From positions 11,532,001-11,596,000 of the forward strand of contig JBHGNT010000015.1 of the NCBI GenBank assembly GCA_043228905.1: a DNA stretch of 64,000 nt. The letters run 5' to 3'. Positions 12,411 to 22,500 of the stretch are shown here, piece by piece. Origin of the DNA: Azolla caroliniana. Its lineage: Eukaryota; Plantae; Polypodiophyta. The translations under genes and the position numbers were made by a program. A model generated the notes under the pieces. It had not been told where the DNA came from. It searched no databases and was given only the letters and a program-made list of their open reading frames with translations. Each line of letters starts with the position of its first letter. The first letter of the stretch is position 1.

Positions 12411-14157
12411 GTGATCAACTAATTCATGCAACGACCGACCGTTGAGCATCTTCAATGTGTGCATCGACTACTGTGATACGTGAGCAACACTAAAGATCGG
12501 GGACTGTTGTATCGACACAGTGTAGTCGAACAACTAGTTGGCTATACTGATGCTGATTAGGCCAGTGATGCGTTGGATCATCGGTCAACATCCAGATTCA
12601 TGTTTTCTTTCGGGAGTGCGGCGATTGCGGGGAGTAGCAAGAAGCAACATGTTGAGAAATCGTTGCGGAAATTTAATTCACAATGAACAGACAATGCTGA
12701 AATATGAATTACAGAAATGCCAGAAAAACAAGACACACAACAATGCACAAAGATTTACGTGGAAAACCCTAAAACGGGGAAAAACCACGGGTGAACAGAT
12801 TCTTCACTATAATATAGTGGATATACAATACAAAGATGATTACAACACCCTGTCGAGTGTATCAGCCACACAGGGCTCTTCACGTCTGATGTTACACACA
12901 CAGCTATGGCGTGGCTCACGCTTCTCACTCTTTGTCTCTTCTGCTGTTCTAACTCTGTTCATCTCACACTAAAGTTTGCCCTAGTTGCGTATATACTTAC
13001 GCAAATTTCTGGCTATTTACATACCTAGCCCTCATGGGGCGCTCATTCAGACTATTTACAAATAGTCTCCTGAGTTGGCTACATACATGATTCCAATTTT
13101 GGCCTTGGCCGAGTCCCTCATCAACTCGGTTCCTATTTTTCGACTGTCGGCCTTTCCGAACAATCGGATCTTCCTCCCACTAGAGGGACAAATTACTAAC
13201 AAACTCCCCCTTCACTCTTGTGGGACATGTATTCTGTTGACAAACTATGAGTCTGTCCATAGGTAGGTTCTTCGTTAGCATGTCGGATCCATTGTCGTCA
13301 GTATGGATCTTCTCAGAGCAAATTCTCCTTCTTTGACTCTCTCTCTCAACCGATGATACCTTCTCTTTATGTGCTTCGTCCGAGAGTGGTATGCCGCGTT
13401 CTTGCCTAGATGTATGGCACTTTGGCTATCACAATGAAGCAAGAACTCCTTTTGCTTCATGCCTAGTTCGGTGAGAAAATTTCTCATCCAGATCAGCTCT
13501 TTTCCGGCTTCCACCGCTGCAATATACTCTGCCTCTATAGTCGACAAAGCTACAGACTTCTGCAATCGTGACTGCCACGACACTGCTCCCCCTGCATATG
13601 TCATCACGTACCCTGACGTGGATCGGATTGAGTCAGTATCTTCAGACATGTCTAAATCGATAAAACCTTCCAGTACAGGTTTTCCGACACCATACCTTAA
13701 GCACACCCCCGAGGTGCCCTTTAAGTACTTGAGTATCCATTTCACCGTTGCCCATTGTTCTCTCCATGGACTACTCATATATCGGCTTACTGCTCCCACA
13801 ACAAATGCTATGTCCAGTCTTGAATAGACCATAGCATACATTAGACAGCCGACAGCCGAGGCATATGGTACCTTATTCATCTCAGCCTTTTCCTTCTGCC
13901 CTTTCGGACACTGCTTCGCATTCAATATGCAATTTGTCGGCAACACTGAGCCGACTGGCTTTGCGTTCGACATGTTGAAGCTCTCTAGGATCTTCGTCAC
14001 ATACTTCTGTTGTGACAACCATAGCACCTTCCGAGATCTGTCTCGGGTTATGTGCATTCCTAGGATTTGCTTTGCCGGTCCAAGGTCTTTCATGGCAAAT
14101 GATTTGCCGAGAGCTTTCTTCAAGCTTCCAATCTTCCTTGTGTCTTGACCGACTATC

Positions 14158-14243
14158 TGTTGGAGACGAGGTCGTCTATGCGGAAGATCAAGAAGCATTC
14201 GATTGGTGTTTGAATACCTGCGTATGACAGTTTCTAGGTCGTT

Positions 14244-14302
<59 letters not shown>

Positions 14303-17300
14303 CACAAAAAACTTTCTTATTCCACAAAGCAATAATACAACACCCAACCTTACAAAAAGGTTACAAGGTCACTATATATAGTGACCGACTTAGGGCAACT
14401 ACCCTTTATGATAATTACACAAATGCCCCAAACTTGGGCTATAGAAAGGGATAGTGTGAATACGTCCATTATACACTTGTATTCGACACTCCCCCGTAAT
14501 GGGCGTATACATGGGTTATCTAAGATTACAGGTATAGACTTAGGTTCTCGGACATATCAGCTTTGTTCGGGTCGGCAGGGTCCGAAGGTAGAAGACCGAA
14601 CTGGTCGGGTCGGAACAGTTGAAGCCGATCATTAAGGAACTGATGTCGGTTGTCGGGAACCATCCTGCTCTGTGTCCGGCTCTAACCGGACTGGTTTGTC
14701 GTTACGCCCATCTGATGCCGAAGAGACCGAAAACGGTCTGCCGAAAGACACTTGGTCATTCCATCTGCGACATTGTCGGTTGTGGATATTTTCTCTAGAC
14801 CGATTTTCCCTGAAATGACGCAGTCCCGAACGAAGTGATATCGAACGTCGATATGTTTGGAGGCGTTGTGGTGAACCGGATTTTTCGACAGGGCAACAGC
14901 ACCTTGACTGTCGCTGTAGACAACTGGAGCTGAGTCATGGTCGACTTGTCGAAACGTGTGCGCCAGCCGACCGAGCCACAAAGCTTCTTTTGCTGCGTCG
15001 GACGCAGCTACATATTCTGCTTCGGTCGTTGAGGTCGCTATGCACTCCTGAAGTTTCGACTTCCACGAGATTGCTCCATTGCCGAATTTGAAGCAGTATC
15101 CGGTTGTTGATTTCCGACTGTCTATACAGCCGGCGAAATCCGAGTCGGTGTAACCGACTACGCCTGAGGTTCGGTTCGGACCGAAAAGAATGCCGTGGTC
15201 TTTTGTGCCAGCCAGATATCTGAACACATGCTTGACTGCGTTCCAATGCGATCGGCCAAGATTGTGCATAAATCTGCTAACGACTCCTACGGCGTGAGAA
15301 ATATCAGGCCGTGTCGCGACCATCAGGTACATAAGGGAGCCGACTGCCGGTGCATACGGTACCGACTTCATATCTTCCCCCTCCGGGCCGGATGTCGGGC
15401 AGTCTCGCTGAGAGAGCCGAAGATTCATTGGGAGCGGGGTTGAAGCAGATTTGGCTGATTGCATGTTGAAGCGTTCCAAGACACGTCGGATATAGTCGGT
15501 CTGAGACAAAAAAAGATGTCGTTTATCGCGATGCCGACTAATCTTCATGCCGAGTATGTGTCGTGCCGGACCGAGATCCTTCATGGCAAACTTCAACCGC
15601 AGTTGCCGAATGAGATCGGCAAGTTCGCCCGCGTGGCGTCCAGAAATTAGCATGTCGTCCACGTAAATGATGAGGAAGATGGGTGATCCATCTTGAGCTG
15701 TGTTTGTGAAGAGACAATGGTCCTCATCGCTTTTTGAGAAGCCGATCGATTGGATGAAGTCGTTGAACTTCTTGTACCATTGTCGTGGTGCCTGTTTGAG
15801 GCCGTATAGACTCTTCCTGAGTCGGCAGACTAGATGTTCTTGGCCAGTTGCCACGAAGCCTTTTGGCTGCTCCATATAAATTTCCTCCTCGAGATTACCA
15901 TGGAGGAAGGCTGTTTTGACATCTAGCTGAATCAGCTCCAAGTTGTCGGCTGCCACGACGCCGAGCAGAAAACGAAGGGTTGTCATTTTCACCACTGGTG
16001 AAAAAATCTCGTCGAAATCGACGCCATATTCTTGTCGGAAGCCCTTCGCAACTAATCTGGCCTTGTACTTTGGGGTGGTCGAATCAGACGTCTCTTTTAG
16101 TCGATAAACCCACTTGCAAGGAAGAGCACGTCGGTTCCTAGGTAATTCGACCAGATCCCAAGTATTGTTTGCCCGAATGGAGTGCATTTCCGACTCCATC
16201 GCCAGATGCCAGGTGGCGGAATCGACAGATGTCGATGCTTCTTCGTAAGACGTCGGTTCGCCGGCGTCGGTGAAGAAAATTCCAGGAGAGTACCTCTCCG
16301 GAGGTTGCGACAGTCTCTCGGATCGTCGAGGTATGATTGGACTGGTCGCATCGGGTATCGAGGTCGGATGGTCCGAAAGCGGATTGTTCTGCTGTGCCGA
16401 GTCGGAGTTGTCCGAGTCGGTAGTGTAAGGTTCAGCTACCCGTGAAGCTAACCGTGTGTTGAGAGCGGGGCCTTCTTGAAGGGTCGGCACATCGGAAAAC
16501 GTTACCCTTCGGACTTCGATCGGTTTTTCGACTGATGGATTCATAGCCGACTCGTTGAACACAACGTCCGAACTTCGAACGATTTGCCTGCGTTCGGGGT
16601 CCCAGAGTCGGTATCCCATTTCGCCGTCGGATCCATATCCAAGGAAAATGCATTTCCTGGACCGAGGTGCAAGTTTTCGGCGATCATCTTTCGGAATAAG
16701 GGCGTACGCCTCGCATCCGAAGATCCTCAGCTTGTCGTAATTCGGCTTACTGCTGATCCATAGTTCCTGAGGAATTTGAAGTCCTAGAGGTCTACTTGGC
16801 GACATATTGATTATGTGTACTGTCGTGAGTAGAGCCTCTGCCCAGAAGCCATCCGACAGTCCGGAGTGTTGGAGCATGGAAACTATCCTTTCTTGGATTG
16901 TCCGATTCATTCGTTCTGCAATCCCGTTTTGCTCCGGACTGTGTGGTGCCGTAAATTCACGTCGGATGCCGCGTTGTCGGCAGAATTTGACGAATTCTTC
17001 GGATTTGAACTCTCCCCCATTGTCTGTCCGAAAGCATTTCAGGTTTCGGTCGGTTTGATTTTCTACCATAGCGAGCCAATCTGAGAATATCGAGAAGACC
17101 CGATCTTTGGTGCGAATTGGATAAGCCCACACCTTTCGAGTCGAATCGTCAATAAAAGTGACGAAGTAAGAGGCACCGCCGAGAGACTGATGCGGCATTG
17201 GGCCACAGACGTCCGAATGGACCAAATCAAGAGGTCTCGTTTCTCTTGGTGCTGATGTCGGGTGTGATGCGGCTGCTTGTTTGCCATACTGGCAATGCTC

Positions 17301-19358
17301 GCAGAATTGATGGTCGGAGAAGGATAGTTTAGGGATGTATCCGGCTCTAGATAGATGCGTAATGCCGGCCTTGCTGAGGTGTCCTAATCTTCTGTGCCAT
17401 AGTGATGACACAGGAATATCCACCAAAAACAGGTTACCCTCTCTGAGCGTAACATGTAACGGATATAGTGAGTGTATCTTGGGTCCTCTAGCAAGCAGGA
17501 GGTTCCCCCTGTGGAGTGTCCACCCTCCCGAAGAAAAACCGGCACGAATGCCGTCTTCATCTAGTTGTCCGACTGAGATCAATGGCCTTGAGAGCTCGGG
17601 TACATGTCGGACATTGTGGAGTACAAGTGTAGAGCCACCTGCAAGGTTGAGCTCTACTGTGCCGATTCCGATGATGTCACAGTGTTGTGAGTTGCCGACT
17701 CGAACTGAGTCGGAGTGACGGATCGTATATTGCCGAAATTGGGATCGATGAGGAGTCACGTGAAATGACGCGCCCGAATCTAAGAGCCATGTGCTCGACT
17801 CTTCAGTCGTGAGTAGGACTTCTGATCCGACTGGATTTTCGATTGATAGTATATTCGGGTCGTCTGGTAGCACATCAGCTGAGAAGCTGACGTAATTGAT
17901 CTCCTCATGCCGGCCACTCTTCTTGTTGTTCTTGTTCTTGAGTGCGCGGCAGTCGGCTTTGATGTGTCCGGGTTTCTTGCAATAGTTGCAGATTCGGTTA
18001 TCCCGTGACTGGCTCCGTCTTCGCTGATTGTTCGGCGGCCGTGAGGAATCTCTTCCTCGTATGTTCGATCGGTCTGTCGAACCTTGTACTACATAAGCGT
18101 CGTCTGTTGAGTCTTTGGCGAAAGACTTTCTCCGAGCTGCTTCGGTCAGGATTGCGCTCGTGACTTCGGAGTATTTAACAGCCGTGGTTGACGCGTTGCA
18201 CACGGTTGTGACGAAAGTTTCCCATGATGAGGGAAGGCTACTCATGAGTATCATTGCTCTGAGTTCATCCTCGATTGCCGTCCCCTGTGACGAGATTTGG
18301 GAGCTTATGCTTTCGTACTCATTGAGGTGTGCTTGAACCGAGTCGGATTCTTTCATCCGCAAGTTGTAGAGGCGCCGGATCAGAAACATCTTTGTTGCGG
18401 CGACCTTCTTTTCGTAAGTGTCCGACAGTGTTTTCCACAGTTCGAATGCTGTCGTACACGATTGCACCGTAAAGTATACCGATTCCGATAGGTGCATCCG
18501 AATCGTGGCGCGGACGATTCTGTCCAGCTTCTGCCACTCAATTGGTTTGTATCCTTCTGGAGGTTCTTCATTTTCGATGGGATCGATTTGCCCCTTGACT
18601 ATGAGATAGTCCTGCATTTGTTCCTTCCAGAAGTTGAAGTTCGATCCATCGAACTTTCGGAGACTCATTTCTGACGAGCCGGATGTTGATGCCATCAAAT
18701 TCGGTTTCGGTTGACGAAGCTCGGTTCGGAGTTGACTACGAGCCTTGTTGGAGTGCAGCCGGTTGGCTCACCCGATATCGCTCTAGTCGGATTTGAACCC
18801 GAGTCGGTTCGGCTTCGGAACTTGCTCGAATTGACTCCGGTAGCTTGAGGGACAGAACCGACTGGTCTTCCCGAATGTTGCCGAGTCGGAGTGAGCCCGG
18901 TTCGCTTCGGATATATATGCCGAATACCGATTATTAAAACCGATTATCTGAACCGATTCTGCTTCGGTTGACTGCAGCAATGAGAGAGACGGATCCGACT
19001 GATCCTCCCGAATGTCGATCAGCCAGATGAAGCACGAATTTGGGTTGTTGTCAAAGTTGCACAAGGGGATTTCACCTCGAGCGGTTACGATCACAAGGGA
19101 CAGAGTACAACCTACTGGCTTACTCCAAAGTGAAGATGATCTAACGCGATGAGATGCGAGCCTCGTTTTTCTTCTTCTTCTCTCTTCTTCGAATGACGCA
19201 GGAAACCGAATGCTGAGACGACGGCCGACAGCGGATTGAAGGACCGACTACTGTGCAGGCTCTGATACCAGATGTTGGAGACGAGGTCGTCTATGCGGAA
19301 GATCAAGAAGCATTCGATTGGTGTTTGAATACCTGCGTATGACAGTTTCTAGGTCGTT

Positions 19359-19407
<49 letters not shown>

Positions 19408-19593
19408 CACAAAAAACTTTCTTATTCCACAAAGCAATAATACAACACCCAACCTTACAAAAAGGTTACAAGGTCACTATATATAGTGACCGACTTAGGG
19501 CAACTACCCTTTATGATAATTACACAAATGCCCCAAACTTGGGCTATAGAAAGGGATAGTGTGAATACGTCCATTATACACTTGTATTCGACA
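14158..19593 (-). mobile_element. Intact young Copia, LTRs 14158-14488 and 19273-19593
   Basis: Perfect TSD CTATC inside the host RT just after YVDDML. PBS TGGTATCAGAGC 19259-19270. PPT ATTACGGGGGAG 14489-14500. LTRs identical by eye except (AG)27 vs (AG)22. Confidence 0.98.
14682..18698 (-). CDS. Copia gag-pol polyprotein, 1338 aa, intact
   Basis: CNYCKKPGHIKADC knuckle, LDSGAS protease, WHRRLGH/CEHC and TDNGGEF integrase, YVDD RT, TDSDFAG...ADGMTK RNase H. Confidence 0.98.
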   Translation of the reverse strand: MMASTSGSSEMSLRKFDGSNFNFWKEQMQDYLIVKGQIDPIENEEPPEGYKPIEWQKLDRIVRATIRMHLSESVYFTVQSCTTAFELWKTLSDTYEKKVAATKMFLIRRLYNLRMKESDSVQAHLNEYESISSQISSQGTAIEDELRAMILMSSLPSSWETFVTTVCNASTTAVKYSEVTSAILTEAARRKSFAKDSTDDAYVVQGSTDRSNIRGRDSSRPPNNQRRRSQSRDNRICNYCKKPGHIKADCRALKNKNNKKSGRHEEINYVSFSADVLPDDPNILSIENPVGSEVLLTTEESSTWLLDSGASFHVTPHRSQFRQYTIRHSDSVRVGNSQHCDIIGIGTVELNLAGGSTLVLHNVRHVPELSRPLISVGQLDEDGIRAGFSSGGWTLHRGNLLLARGPKIHSLYPLHVTLREGNLFLVDIPVSSLWHRRLGHLSKAGITHLSRAGYIPKLSFSDHQFCEHCQYGKQAAASHPTSAPRETRPLDLVHSDVCGPMPHQSLGGASYFVTFIDDSTRKVWAYPIRTKDRVFSIFSDWLAMVENQTDRNLKCFRTDNGGEFKSEEFVKFCRQRGIRREFTAPHSPEQNGIAERMNRTIQERIVSMLQHSGLSDGFWAEALLTTVHIINMSPSRPLGLQIPQELWISSKPNYDKLRIFGCEAYALIPKDDRRKLAPRSRKCIFLGYGSDGEMGYRLWDPERRQIVRSSDVVFNESAMNPSVEKPIEVRRVTFSDVPTLQEGPALNTRLASRVAEPYTTDSDNSDSAQQNNPLSDHPTSIPDATSPIIPRRSERLSQPPERYSPGIFFTDAGEPTSYEEASTSVDSATWHLAMESEMHSIRANNTWDLVELPRNRRALPCKWVYRLKETSDSTTPKYKARLVAKGFRQEYGVDFDEIFSPVVKMTTLRFLLGVVAADNLELIQLDVKTAFLHGNLEEEIYMEQPKGFVATGQEHLVCRLRKSLYGLKQAPRQWYKKFNDFIQSIGFSKSDEDHCLFTNTAQDGSPIFLIIYVDDMLISGRHAGELADLIRQLRLKFAMKDLGPARHILGMKISRHRDKRHLFLSQTDYIRRVLERFNMQSAKSASTPLPMNLRLSQRDCPTSGPEGEDMKSVPYAPAVGSLMYLMVATRPDISHAVGVVSRFMHNLGRSHWNAVKHVFRYLAGTKDHGILFGPNRTSGVVGYTDSDFAGCIDSRKSTTGYCFKFGNGAISWKSKLQECIATSTTEAEYVAASDAAKEALWLGRLAHTFRQVDHDSAPVVYSDSQGAVALSKNPVHHNASKHIDVRYHFVRDCVISGKIGLEKISTTDNVADGMTKCLSADRFRSLRHQMGVTTNQSG

Positions 19594-22500
19594 CTATCAA
19601 CATATCATCAACATATAGCAAGAGAATCAAGAAATCTCCTTCTTTGTACCTTTTGACGAACACATAGTGATCGACCTGTGTTTTCTGGAATCGATGTTCC
19701 ACCATGAAGGACTCGAATTTCTTGTACCATTGGCGTGGAGCTTGTTTCAGACCGTACAAGCTTTTCCTCAGTCGACACACTAGATTCTCTTTCTCTTTCT
19801 CCTCAAAGCCTTCGGGTTGATGCATGTAGATCTCTTCGTCTAACTCCCCGTGCAGAAATGCGGGTTTGACATCCAACTGTTTGATCTCCAGGTCCAAACT
19901 GGCCGCTATGCTCAGAACAGTTCGAATGGATGTCATCTTCACGATTGGTGCAAATATTTCGTCAAAGTCGACGCCCTTCTTCTATTGGAAACCCTTCACC
20001 ACTATGCGGGCTTTATACCTGGGCTCGTTGTCAACTTCTCCAGTCTTCACCTTGTAGACCCAGTTATTCCTGAGTGCTCTCTTACCTTTTGGCAGCTTTA
20101 CTAGGTCGTGGTGTATTTTGCGTGCAAGGATTCCATCTCCTCTTGCATCACATTCAGCCATTTTTCTCTGCTCTCGTCGGCAATGGCTTCTTCATAGCAC
20201 TCCGGTTCACCGTCATCAGTCAAGAGGACGTATTGACTGGCATATGTAGTCGGTGCCTTCCTTTCTCTGAGTGGGTACCTTCGTCCACTCGTTGTTGGCT
20301 CTAGTCTGGATGTCTTTGCCAACTCTTCTCTTTGCTCGGGATTTTGCTCATCAATCGGCATCTCCAGGTTGGACAACTCCAACTCATATTCCTCAATTGA
20401 TTTTAGCAGCTCTGCCAACTCTAACTCATAGTCTTTCGGTCTTTCCGAGTCGACCGACTCGGATTCGGCTCTGTCGGCCAGCTGTCTCCTTACAGCTTTC
20501 GGTGACGACTCACTTGGCCTTAAGTCGATGGTAGTTGAGGTTGATTGGGGAGTCGGTTCCGACTTCTATTGCTTCCAATCTTCAAATTATTGTCTTGTCT
20601 TCTAGAAAGACTACATCCCGACTTCTCACTACCTTCTTGTCGACTAAGTCCCACAACCTGTAGCCGAACTCATCTTCCAAGTATCCCATGAATATGCATG
20701 CTTTCGACTTGCTGTTGAGCTTTGACCTCTGATCCTTTGGTACATGCATATACGCCAAACATCCAAACACCCTCAGGTGTTCATAGGAGACATCCTTCCC
20801 TGTCCACACCCTTTGTGGGACATCACCCTTTAATGGTACTGAGGGAAACCTATTGATAAGATAGACAACTGTGTACATCGCCTCAGCCCAATAGGATTTC
20901 GGCAGTTTCGCATGAGAGAGGATGCTCCTTACTCTCTCATGATCGTTTGATTCATCCTCTCTGCAAGCCCGTTCAACTCTGGGGTCTTTGGCATTGTGTA
21001 TTCGATCTGAATACCTTGGCACTTGCAGTATTCCTCAAACTGCCCTCTATACTCGCCACCATTGTCGGTTCGGACAACCTTCAGTTTCCGACCTGACTCT
21101 CTTTTGGTTCTTTCCTGGAACTCCTTGAAAACTGACAATACTTGATCCTTTGACTTCAGTACGAAGGCCCATGTCTTCCAACTATAGTCGTCAATAAACG
21201 TTACAAAGTACTATCCTCCTGGATGTGATAGAGCATCCACATAGCACACATCCGTGTGCACTAGTTCCAGTGCAACTTCTCTTCTCCTCGGTGGTCTCGA
21301 GTGGAATGCCACCCTGTTTTGCTTTCCGGGTAAGCAATTGACACACTTCTCCAGGTGCACTCCCTTGACTTTTGGCAGAAGTTTCTGGTCAGCTAACAGG
21401 TGCATTCCCTTCTCACTCATGTGGCCTAGCCTCTTACGCCATATGTCCCCTGCCGAGTCGGCTGCCACATTTACTTCTGATTTGCACAGTCGGGCATGCA
21501 TCATATACAATGTGCCTTCTTTCTGTGCTCGGGCCACTATAATATTTCCTCGGCAGAACTTGCACTTGCCATTTCGTAAACTACCATTGTAGCCTTCGTC
21601 GTCAAGCCTTCCAGTCGATATCAGATTCAATATGATATCGGGGACGTGTCGAACATCCTTCAGCGTCAGTCGACACCCTGTCGACATCGTCAAGTAGACA
21701 CTTCCGACTCTGGTTATCTTGCACTCTCCACTATCACCCATCTTTACATAGCTGTGATCCTCGGCTATGTAAGTCGAGAAATACTCTCTGGACGGAGTAA
21801 TATGGAAGGATGCGCCGGAATCAATCACCCAAGTGCACTCTTCGCTTGCAAGATTTGCACTTGCCTGTTCACAGATGAACAGGAGTTCCTCATTGCTCGT
21901 AGCAATGGACGAAGTGTTCTTGTCATCCGGAATCTTCGGAGGTTCGACATTGTTTCCGACACTCTTGTCTTTTCTCATGTGTTGGCAGTCCTTCTGGAAG
22001 TGTCCAGGTTTTCCACAATAAAAGCACACAAGCTTACCTCTGGACTTCGATCTGGCGAGGGATTTGTCCGTTCGCTACGGACTTCTTCTTTGTCGGTCCC
22101 TTCCTTTGTCCATATTTTGAGTCAGATTCAACTCTGTTTGGGACAAGACTCCTTTGTCTTTCCTCCTTGTCTCCTCATTTAGGATGCTTGTCTTCACCGT
22201 CTGTAAAGACAAGTTCTCTTCTTGACAGGAGGTGTTGAGAGTAACCACCAGGTTCTCCCAGCTTTCCGGCAGTGTGCACATCAGCAAGATGGCCTGCATT
22301 GCGTCATCCAGGGGGAACTTGGTCGCCGCAAGTTGATTTACATACCCCATGAACGCGCTAATGTGTTTGACGATGCTTTCACCGTCTCTGTATTTCAGCC
22401 GTACAATTTTTCTCATCAACGAGGTTCTATTTAGCGCGTTCTTCCTCTCATAGAGGCCCGATAGCTTCTGGCACATCTCGTGGGCATTTGTGTCATTCGC

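Noticed and set aside
13275-14327. 350-aa ORF as an independent gene
   Set aside because: It is a chimera: it starts in the inserted LTR (SLSLSL from the CT tract) and reads into the host Copia RT/RNase H.
14935-18674. Many short overlapping or antisense ORFs within the intact Copia ORFs (also 39996-43835)
   Set aside because: These are shadow frames of a long coding sequence. Their recurrence in both copies only reflects near identity.
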